DNA of 64,000 bases from positions 3,047-67,046 of the forward strand of contig JAGAUI010000037.1 in NCBI GenBank assembly GCA_017620815.1, written 5' to 3'. The notes below the pieces were generated by a model. The model saw nothing but the letters and a program-made list of their open reading frames with translations, made no database searches and was not told the DNA's origin. The DNA comes from Flavobacteriales bacterium. Its GTDB lineage: Bacteria; Bacteroidota; Bacteroidia; Flavobacteriales; UBA1820. Below are positions 56,726-63,932 of the stretch, one piece after another (the first letter of the stretch is position 1; every line of letters starts with the position of its first letter). The translations under genes were made by a program, and so were the position numbers.

Positions 56726-58489
56726 ATGAAATACGACGTATTTATAAGTTATTCGACCAAAGACAAGAAGGTAGTTGAAGGTCTATGTGCATATCTAGAA
56801 CAGCACAAGATAAGGTGTTTTGTGGCGTATAGAGATGTAGATAAAACAGCTGTATGGGCCGAGAAGATAGTAGAGGGATTGGAAGAGAGTAGAATGATGT
56901 TGGTAGTTTTTTCAGAAAACTACAACTGTTCCGACCAAGTGAATAGGGAGATAGAGATAGCCAGCGAAGATAAAAAACCAATACTCACTTTCCGCCTGAC
57001 AGATACCAAATTTAAGGGTGCCAAAAAGTATTATCTTAAAAATCTTAACTGGATAGATGCTTTTCCACATCCCGAAGAATCATTTGGTAGCGTAACCAAT
57101 GATATCTCACGTCTGCTGGGTATAAAAATACCACCTATTACACGTGAAGAACAATCAAATGCTGGAGGAGGGATTGCACCTATACCTACTCCTATGCCAA
57201 AAAAGAAACATAAACATACGTTGGGAATAGCACTGTTTTCTATCGTAGGGATAGCATTGTTGTGTTTTATCATTTATTTTAACGAATGGGGTAATAAAGG
57301 AGAAGAGAAACCCGATGTTCCCGATGTAGTACTGGTGAATGACTCTATAAATAAGCCTGTTGAAGATGTCTCAATCCCTACTAATGTGGCGACTGAAAAA
57401 CCATCATCACAGAAGGCAGAGAAGATAGATACTACCCCAGTTAAGGTAGTAACTACCGAGCAGCAGAAGACCACTACAACAAAGGCGGTTTCCACCCCAG
57501 TTAAGGTAGTAACTACCGAGCAGCAGAAGACCACTACAACAAAGGCGGTTTCTACTCCAGTTAAGGTTGTAACTACCGAGCCGAAGAAGACTAGTACAAC
57601 AAAGGCGGTTTCCACCCCAGTTAAGGCCGTAACTACCGAGCAGAAGAAGACCACTACAACAAAGACGGTTTCCACTCCAGTAAAAGAAGAAAAAGCTACG
57701 GTGTATTTTATGGATAGTTATGGTAATGTGGGATATTTTAAGGAAGGAATTGTGCATGTTGAAGGTCGTAAATATGGTTATATAGACGAGACAGGCAAAG
57801 AGGTTACCCCTTGTATATATGATTTTGCAGGGGAATTTTCCGAAGGCTTGGCTTCGGTAAAGAAAGATGGCAAATGGGGTTATATAGATAAGACGGGAAA
57901 AGAGGTTATTCCATGTGAGTATGATAAAGCATATTATTTTTCCGAAGGCTTGGCGGTGGTAGGGAAAGGTAAAAAATGGGGGCATATAGATAAGATAGGA
58001 AATGTAGTTACCCCTTTTATATATGATTATACAGATTTTTTTAACGAAGGCTTGGCATATGTTATTAAAGGAAGAAAATTTGGATTTGTAGATAAGACAG
58101 GCAAAGAGATAGTACCTTGTATATATAATGATGCAAGTGAGTTTTCCGAAGGCTTGGCGGGGGTAGAGAAAGGTAAAAAATGGGGCTTTATAGACAAGAC
58201 AGGACGAGAGGTTGTCCCTTGTATATATGATGATACAGGGTTATTTCACGAAGGCTTGGCAAGTGTTGAGAAAGATGGGAAAGAAGGTTATATAGATAAG
58301 ACAGGAAAAGTGGTTGTTAAATTTATATATGATTTTGCCTCGAGTTTTTCCAAAGGCGTGGCTCATGTGAAAAAAGATGATAAGTGGGGCTATATAGATA
58401 AAACAGGAAAAGAGGTTATCCCTTGTATATATGATTATACAGTGTCTTTTTCCGAAGGCTTGGCTCATATGAAAAAAGATGGTAAGTGA
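56726..58489 (+). CDS. TIR domain - single TM - Thr/Pro/Lys-rich tandem-repeat stalk - WG-repeat array protein
   Basis: 587 aa. N-terminal TIR_2-type sequence MKYDVFISYSTKDKK...LVVFSENYNCSDQVNREIEIA, with the Glu retained at the position of the TIR catalytic Glu. TM helix LGIALFSIVGIALLCFIIYF with KKKHKH on its N side. Then 4.2 copies of a 20-aa repeat and about 8 units of a 34-aa FSEGLAxVKKDGKWGYIDKTGKEVIPCIYD repeat. The ORF ends at a TGA that replaces the Trp of the last KWGYIDK motif. Confidence 0.85.
   Translation: MKYDVFISYSTKDKKVVEGLCAYLEQHKIRCFVAYRDVDKTAVWAEKIVEGLEESRMMLVVFSENYNCSDQVNREIEIASEDKKPILTFRLTDTKFKGAKKYYLKNLNWIDAFPHPEESFGSVTNDISRLLGIKIPPITREEQSNAGGGIAPIPTPMPKKKHKHTLGIALFSIVGIALLCFIIYFNEWGNKGEEKPDVPDVVLVNDSINKPVEDVSIPTNVATEKPSSQKAEKIDTTPVKVVTTEQQKTTTTKAVSTPVKVVTTEQQKTTTTKAVSTPVKVVTTEPKKTSTTKAVSTPVKAVTTEQKKTTTTKTVSTPVKEEKATVYFMDSYGNVGYFKEGIVHVEGRKYGYIDETGKEVTPCIYDFAGEFSEGLASVKKDGKWGYIDKTGKEVIPCEYDKAYYFSEGLAVVGKGKKWGHIDKIGNVVTPFIYDYTDFFNEGLAYVIKGRKFGFVDKTGKEIVPCIYNDASEFSEGLAGVEKGKKWGFIDKTGREVVPCIYDDTGLFHEGLASVEKDGKEGYIDKTGKVVVKFIYDFASSFSKGVAHVKKDDKWGYIDKTGKEVIPCIYDYTVSFSEGLAHMKKDGK
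57431..57682 (+). repeat. 60-bp (20-aa) tandem repeat, about 4.2 copies, inside the first TIR gene
   Basis: Unit ..ccccagttaaggtagtaactaccgagcagcagaagaccactacaacaaaggcggtt encodes TPVKVVTTEQQKTTTTKAVS. Copies 1 and 2 differ only in their first 3 nt. Confidence 0.95.
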
Positions 58490-58534
58490 GGCTATATAGA
58501 TAAGATAGGTAAAGTGGTGATAATGGAAAAATAA
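57700..58534 (+). repeat. 102-bp-period (34-aa) WG-repeat array of the first TIR gene
   Basis: The recurrent cc(a/t)tgtatatatga motif is spaced 102 bp apart. The array continues in frame past the TGA at 58487 to a TAA at 58532-58534. Confidence 0.85.
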
Positions 58535-58546
58535 TGAAGGAATAAA

Positions 58547-59425
58547 ATGATTAACCCATCAGAATTTATACACCCAGAAGACGCAGCAGCACTTCGCCAG
58601 TTGGAGAGTATACCCGGCTTTCCAGCATTGGTAAAAAAAGTGATGGCATTGGGATTTGAACAGTTGCAGTATGGACTTAATATGGCTACAGCTATACGCC
58701 TATCACCTACACAGCTGCCTCAATTATATAACCACCTCCCTCCTATATGTGAAAAATTAGGAATAGATGAACCAGAATTCTATCTGCAGATGGACCCTAT
58801 GCCCAATGCTTGGACGTTTGGAGATACGAGGATTTATATCACTATAACATCGGGACTGGTGGAGATGATGAATGATGAAGAACTAGATGCAATCATCGCC
58901 CACGAATGTGGTCATATACTATTCCGCCATGTGTTATATCATAGTATCGCCAGATATATCTTTTCGGGAGCCGATGCACTGGGGATATTGGGAGCATTTG
59001 CAGCACCTATAAAGTATGCTATCTATTATTGGGAACGTAAAAGCGAACTTTCCTGTGATAGATGTGCAAGCTTAATAACATCGGCCGATGTGGTATCTCG
59101 TGTGATGGCTCGCCTTTCGGGTGGACCAAAGTCTATAACTGCTTCGCTCAATATGCAGGAATGGGCCCTCCAAGCCGACAAATATGATGAAATATATAAC
59201 GATGGGCTATGGAATAAAGCATTGCAGATATCACAAATACTGGAATTGGACCATCCTTTCAGTGCTGTGCGTGTGCGTGAAATCCTCAAATGGAGTGAAA
59301 CCGCTCAATACAAAACAGCTAGAGATACTATAATAGGATATGCCTCTGCCAAAAAATGCCCCAAATGTCACAAAGGCGTTGACACAGAATGGAAGTTCTG
59401 TAAGTATTGTGGAGAAAAATTGTAG
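58547..59425 (+). CDS. M48-family zinc metallopeptidase with a C-terminal zinc ribbon
   Basis: 292 aa. HExxH motif (IAHECGHILFRH), a downstream RKSELSCDR segment (third-ligand Glu, ExxxD as in HtpX-type M48), and a C-terminal CPKC-x9-CKYC ribbon. Confidence 0.8.
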   Translation: MINPSEFIHPEDAAALRQLESIPGFPALVKKVMALGFEQLQYGLNMATAIRLSPTQLPQLYNHLPPICEKLGIDEPEFYLQMDPMPNAWTFGDTRIYITITSGLVEMMNDEELDAIIAHECGHILFRHVLYHSIARYIFSGADALGILGAFAAPIKYAIYYWERKSELSCDRCASLITSADVVSRVMARLSGGPKSITASLNMQEWALQADKYDEIYNDGLWNKALQISQILELDHPFSAVRVREILKWSETAQYKTARDTIIGYASAKKCPKCHKGVDTEWKFCKYCGEKL

Positions 59426-59499
59426 ATGTAATAATCCACCTAATGTAGTTCATGATAAATACCACATATACATATTTCAATAATTAAATATAATACATT

Positions 59500-59772
59500 A
59501 TGTTTTTTGATAAAGAAGGAAATCTAAATCTAGATGAACTGGTAATAGCCCATGATTCTTTTAAGAATATAATGGAAGATGGTCAAGTTACAGATGAAGA
59601 AATCGTTACTCAAACACAAAAAATTATAGGTATTCTCCGTGATATGGAAGGAAGATACAGTAAGGAAGAATTGGCAGAAATTAAAGAACTTCTTGTAGAG
59701 ATGAGTGTTCTATATGCTGCATATAATATATATTCAATTCAAAATATAAATAAAGGCTATGGGGACATTTAG
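59500..59772 (+). CDS. Small acidic hypothetical protein
   Basis: 90 aa, predicted helical, no recognised family. There is a 14-nt overlap with the next gene. Confidence 0.5.
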   Translation: MFFDKEGNLNLDELVIAHDSFKNIMEDGQVTDEEIVTQTQKIIGILRDMEGRYSKEELAEIKELLVEMSVLYAAYNIYSIQNINKGYGDI

Positions 59773-60265
59773 CACACGAGAGATTTTACAAGGGTCACCA
59801 TCTGTGATTTCTGTTATAGCAGACCATATAAAGACTGAATTTCAGAAAGATGGTTATGAGGTAATAGTAGATGTATTGAGTAGTGGAGGTTATGATATTT
59901 CTATTACAAAAGGGGGTATATTTAAAACGGTATTGGGTATGAAAACGGCGTTGAAGATTATGTTACTTCCTAGGGGTAATAGTATTTATTTTGATGCTAG
60001 TGTAGGGATATGGGGTCAGCAATTAATACCTACTATAGTATCTGTATTTTTCTTTTGGCCTGTATTGATTACCCAGATATGGGGAGTTGTAGAGCAGTCA
60101 AAACTTGATGATAGGGCATTGGATATAGCAAGAAGTATAATCTATCAAAATACCAATGATGAGGTGGTGCCATCTACATCAAACGGCAGTAAGTTCTGCA
60201 CGTGGTGTGGTACCAAAAATGAATCATCAGCCAATTTTTGCAAAGAATGTGGTCAAGCTTTATAA
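59759..60265 (+). CDS. Hypothetical protein with a central hydrophobic segment and a C-terminal zinc ribbon
   Basis: 168 aa. Hydrophobic segment LIPTIVSVFFFWPVLITQIWGVV. C-terminal CTWC-x10-CKEC ribbon of the same type as in the M48 protein. Its stop is 2 nt before the next start. Confidence 0.6.
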   Translation: MGTFSTREILQGSPSVISVIADHIKTEFQKDGYEVIVDVLSSGGYDISITKGGIFKTVLGMKTALKIMLLPRGNSIYFDASVGIWGQQLIPTIVSVFFFWPVLITQIWGVVEQSKLDDRALDIARSIIYQNTNDEVVPSTSNGSKFCTWCGTKNESSANFCKECGQAL

Positions 60266-60267
60266 TT

Positions 60268-62256
60268 ATGAAATACGACGTATTTATAAGTTATTCTCGC
60301 AAGGATTATGCCGAGGAGATAATAAATGAAAAGGGAGAAAAAGAAGAAAGGATAATCCCAGGGAATATCGTTTCCCAGATAATTAAATATTTGAAAAAGA
60401 ATAAGATATCATATTGGTGGGATGAGTATGGTATGTATTCGTCTGATGAGTTTATAGAGATTTTGGCGGAACATATAGCAGAATCAAGGATACTCCTGTT
60501 TATCTCTACCGAAAATTCCAATGCGTCCAAATGGACCCCAAAGGAGATATCTTCGGCTTTACATCTTGAGAAAAAGGTAATACCTTTTAGGGTAGATAAT
60601 TCAAAATACTCTAATAGCGTACTTTTTCTAATATCAGATATAGATTTTATAGATTATAGTAAAGACAAAAAGAAAGCTTTTAAAAAGCTGGAGGTATCTA
60701 TAAAGAAAATACTGGAAGACGAAAGATTGCGTCTAGAAGAGGAACGCAAGCGTAAAGAGGAAGAAGAACGTCGCCGTCAAGAGGAAGAGGAGAAAAAGAA
60801 AGAAAAGGAAATCAATAAGCCCATAAAGAAGGACTATAAGTACTACGCCAAGACAAGACACTGGAGTGTGAATGTGCTGTTATGTGGCATGTTTGGTGTA
60901 GCATTCGGGTTTGGTGTTCTTGCATATCTATTAAAAGAAATGGGAGAAATAAATAAAGTAGAGATGTGGTTGTATGTCTCGTTGGCAGCGGGGGGAGTAG
61001 CTGGTTTACTGGATATTCTACAGAACAATAAAAGAGGTGTATATATACTGCTCTCGCTTATGGTTATCCCATTGTGCGTGTTTATAATGGGCTATGCACA
61101 TACAAGAATTTTTACTATCCCTATAGTCTTTCTATTATCTATATATATTATTCTTATATGCATCATGCCTATCAAGAAAAATGGTATAAGAGCATATGAT
61201 TTACTAGAAAAAGGTAGATGCTGGATAAGTAAAAGTCGTCCACGAGATAACGCAAATGTTTTTCCTTATGTGCTTTTTATAATTTTCCTAATAGCCTTCA
61301 TACATGTAAATATAAAGTATAAATTTTTTAATTGTGGAGGAGGATTTAAGGAAGGTATGATGGCTGTTGGAAAATATGACAAGTGGGGTTTTATAGATAT
61401 GACAGGAAATATAGTTGTCCCTTTTAAGTATGATGATGCAGGGCATTTTTTCAAAGGCTTGGCGTTGGTGAAGAAAGATGGCAAGTGGGGTTATGTAGAT
61501 AAAACAGGGAAAGAAGTTATTCCATGTATATATGATTATGCCTCGGATTTTTCTGAAGGCTTGGCTTCGGTAGAGAAAGATGGGAAATGGGGTTATGTAG
61601 ATAAAACAGGCAAAGAGATAGCACCATGTATATATGATTATGCCTCGGGTTTTTCTGAAGGCTTGGCTTCGGTAGAGAAAGATGGGAAATGGGGTTTTAT
61701 AGATAAGACAGGCAAAGAGATAGTACCATGTATATATGATGATGCTGGGTGGTTTTCTAAAGGCTTGGCACGTGTTAAGAAAGATGGAAAATGGGGTTTT
61801 ATAGATAAGACAGGCAAAGAGATAGTACCATGTATATATGATGATGCTGGGTGGTTTTCTGAAGGCTTGGCACGTGTTAAGAAAGATGGTAATTGGGGTT
61901 TTATAGGTAAGACAGGAAAAGAGGTCAGTCCTTGTATATATGATTATGCTGGGTCTTTTACCGAAGGCATGGCACGTGTAGGGATATTATCTTTTGACGA
62001 TTTAAGATTTGGCTTTATAGATACAACTGGGAGAAAAGTTGTATCATGTGAATATCAAGAGGCGAGTGATTTTTCCGAAGGACTTGCTGCTGTGAAAAAA
62101 TATAATGATAAATGGGGTTTTATAGATAAGACAGGGAAAGAGGTTATTCCATGTGAGTATGATAAAGTAGAGTATTTTTCTGAAGGTCTGGCACGTGTTA
62201 AGAAAGATAGAGAGGTATTTATTATAGATAAAGAAGGAAATAGGGTGATAGATTAA
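60268..62256 (+). CDS. TIR domain - charged coiled coil - 5 TM - WG-repeat array protein
   Basis: About 662 aa from MKYDVFISYSRKDY. TIR_2-type sequence with SKWTPKEIS (Glu retained). An E/R/K-rich helix (EERKRKEEEERRRQEEEEKKKEKE). Five hydrophobic helices that obey the positive-inside rule. About 9 WG repeats. The upstream 10 codons of the ORF overlap the previous gene and were rejected. Confidence 0.85.
   Translation: MKYDVFISYSRKDYAEEIINEKGEKEERIIPGNIVSQIIKYLKKNKISYWWDEYGMYSSDEFIEILAEHIAESRILLFISTENSNASKWTPKEISSALHLEKKVIPFRVDNSKYSNSVLFLISDIDFIDYSKDKKKAFKKLEVSIKKILEDERLRLEEERKRKEEEERRRQEEEEKKKEKEINKPIKKDYKYYAKTRHWSVNVLLCGMFGVAFGFGVLAYLLKEMGEINKVEMWLYVSLAAGGVAGLLDILQNNKRGVYILLSLMVIPLCVFIMGYAHTRIFTIPIVFLLSIYIILICIMPIKKNGIRAYDLLEKGRCWISKSRPRDNANVFPYVLFIIFLIAFIHVNIKYKFFNCGGGFKEGMMAVGKYDKWGFIDMTGNIVVPFKYDDAGHFFKGLALVKKDGKWGYVDKTGKEVIPCIYDYASDFSEGLASVEKDGKWGYVDKTGKEIAPCIYDYASGFSEGLASVEKDGKWGFIDKTGKEIVPCIYDDAGWFSKGLARVKKDGKWGFIDKTGKEIVPCIYDDAGWFSEGLARVKKDGNWGFIGKTGKEVSPCIYDYAGSFTEGMARVGILSFDDLRFGFIDTTGRKVVSCEYQEASDFSEGLAAVKKYNDKWGFIDKTGKEVIPCEYDKVEYFSEGLARVKKDREVFIIDKEGNRVID
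61330..62240 (+). repeat. 102-bp-period WG-repeat array of the second TIR gene, with near-identical adjacent units
   Basis: Motif starts fall at 61522, 61624, 61726, 61828 and 61930. A 69-bp stretch at 61690-61758 is repeated exactly at 61792-61860. Confidence 0.9.
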
Positions 62257-62316
62257 AGAGTATCTAGTAAGATGTATAATAGTTAGATATTTGATAGTAA
62301 ATTATTTGTTATAAAT

Positions 62317-63924
62317 ATGTTGCAAGAAATAGCAGAATTGGTGAGAAATCTATGGGATAGAAATCCTCATAGAGATTCAATAGAATGGTGGGCAGAATAT
62401 AACCCCATAGATATAAATGTGTTTGTACTGTGGTTGGTTATATTCCTGGGAGCGTTGAGTGTCATAGTATATCTCATATATAAAGATAGATTGTCCTCCA
62501 TTAACGATTTTATATCTAGACACCTTCTCTTGCTGTCATTGGTGGTGTGGATAGCGGGAGTGGTCTTATATATGATAGGGTATTTCTGTTCCCATATGTC
62601 TTGGCTGTCTATTATACCGCGTGCTGTCATTTCTTCCTTTAAGATGTTTGTGGTGGTAAATGATTTGGCTAGGGTAGAGCCTTTGATGAGGGAAGACGCT
62701 GTGTATATGGCTATATTTTCTATTGTACATCTGTTGGCAGCCTATATAACATTCTTGTTTATCTTTAAGATAGTAGGTTTTAAAATAAAATCTAGTATAA
62801 AGATAATCAAATACAAGATGTTTATGGGTAGGGATAAGCAGGTGCATATCTTCTGGGGAGTGAACGAAGCATCATACTTATTGGCCAAATCCATATATGA
62901 AAAAGCATCTAATGATGATATCATCTTTATAGATGTAGATGAAGAAACCGAAGATAGTACCAATAGAAAAGCAACCATAGCCAATATAACCAATAGTATT
63001 ACCATAAAAAATAGTGATATCATACGCCTTAACCATATAGATGCAATGGTAGAACATTGCTATGGAGGGCCAGCATCGGTAGATACAAATGATTGTAATG
63101 ATGTATTCGGGGCGTTACGATTAAATAGTATAGGCTCTATTGTAAAAAGAAGTAAAAAAGTCAAATTTTATTTCTTTTCAAATGATGAATCGGCCAACGT
63201 ATTGGCGGCTATCAATATCCAGGCCGATTATAGAGTACGCTTAAAAAATAAAGAAGATGTTACTATCTATCTTCATGCCCGTAGAAATGTATGCAATGAG
63301 GTATTTGACCATTATGCACAGTATAACATGGATGATACCACTAGAAAACCTATCAAGATAGTGGATTCAGCATATATGGCATTGGAATGGGTGAAAAAAG
63401 AAAAACAATACCTACCAGTCAATAATGTAGATATTGAAAAAGGAACAGGTCTTGTTAAAGATTCTTCATTCACATCAATGGTTGTAGGATTTGGAGAGAC
63501 AGGTGTCGAAGCGTTCAAATTCCTGTATGAGTTTGCAGCATTTGTGGGAATAGATATGAAAAAAATCCCATTCAAATGTTATGCCATAGACCAAAATATG
63601 GATAAAAAAAGAGGTGCTATACGTGCCAAAATGCCTGCAATAAATGAAGATGAGCTATCTCTTGTTACAGCATCTGTGGATAGTGATGTTTTCTGGGAAC
63701 TATTGAAAAAGGAGATAAATAATCTCAATTACATATTCATAACACTTAATGATGATAATGTGGGATTGTCTCTGGCAGTTAATATCTTCAAGTATGCCTT
63801 GAGGTATCGCAATGATGATTTGCCAAAACTTAAAATAATGATAAGATGTTATAATGTGAGCAATGAGAAAAAAATGAAGGAGGTAAAAAACAGCCTCAAT
63901 AGATCTATCGATGGCCAAAAGTAG
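62317..63924 (+). CDS. Membrane protein with tandem KTN/RCK-like Rossmann domains
   Basis: 535 aa. About 4 N-terminal hydrophobic helices with no K+ selectivity-filter motif. Two beta-Gly-helix units follow: VHIFWGVNEASYLLAKSIYE...IIFIDVDEE, and MVVGFGETGVEAFKFLYE...CYAIDQN (GxGxxG plus an acidic beta2 end). Confidence 0.6.
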   Translation: MLQEIAELVRNLWDRNPHRDSIEWWAEYNPIDINVFVLWLVIFLGALSVIVYLIYKDRLSSINDFISRHLLLLSLVVWIAGVVLYMIGYFCSHMSWLSIIPRAVISSFKMFVVVNDLARVEPLMREDAVYMAIFSIVHLLAAYITFLFIFKIVGFKIKSSIKIIKYKMFMGRDKQVHIFWGVNEASYLLAKSIYEKASNDDIIFIDVDEETEDSTNRKATIANITNSITIKNSDIIRLNHIDAMVEHCYGGPASVDTNDCNDVFGALRLNSIGSIVKRSKKVKFYFFSNDESANVLAAINIQADYRVRLKNKEDVTIYLHARRNVCNEVFDHYAQYNMDDTTRKPIKIVDSAYMALEWVKKEKQYLPVNNVDIEKGTGLVKDSSFTSMVVGFGETGVEAFKFLYEFAAFVGIDMKKIPFKCYAIDQNMDKKRGAIRAKMPAINEDELSLVTASVDSDVFWELLKKEINNLNYIFITLNDDNVGLSLAVNIFKYALRYRNDDLPKLKIMIRCYNVSNEKKMKEVKNSLNRSIDGQK

Positions 63925-63932
63925 AGATATGT

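Noticed and set aside
57274-57985. Two minus-strand ORFs (133 aa and 192 aa) with strikingly repetitive sequences, antisense to the first TIR gene.
   Set aside because: They mirror the 60-bp and 102-bp tandem repeats of the plus-strand gene. Their composition is low-complexity (V/T/F-rich or L/G/S-rich). The plus-strand frame carries recognisable TIR and WG-repeat sequence.
58487-58489. The TGA in the first TIR gene read as a recoding event (selenocysteine or a Trp reassignment).
   Set aside because: TGA is used as an ordinary stop by other confidently called genes in the window, for example the FNT-like gene. No SECIS-like hairpin follows, and the expected residue is Trp. A simple nonsense mutation or a base-call error is more parsimonious.
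59500-59545. An EF-hand-like loop (FDKEGNLNLDEL) at the N-terminus of the 90-aa protein.
   Set aside because: The Gly at loop position 6 and the acidic residue at position 12 of the canonical 12-residue loop are not satisfied in any register I tried.
60238-60267. N-terminal extensions of several track ORFs, at 60238-60267, 33341-33403, 12850-12933, 12786-12845, 8824-8880 and 16026-16076.
   Set aside because: In each case either a TAnnTTTG box lies inside the extension or the extension overlaps the previous gene. The downstream Met also gives the family-typical N-terminus (MKYDVFISYS, a signal peptide, MNYLSVENL, MVKSMTGFG or MGKLYDKL).
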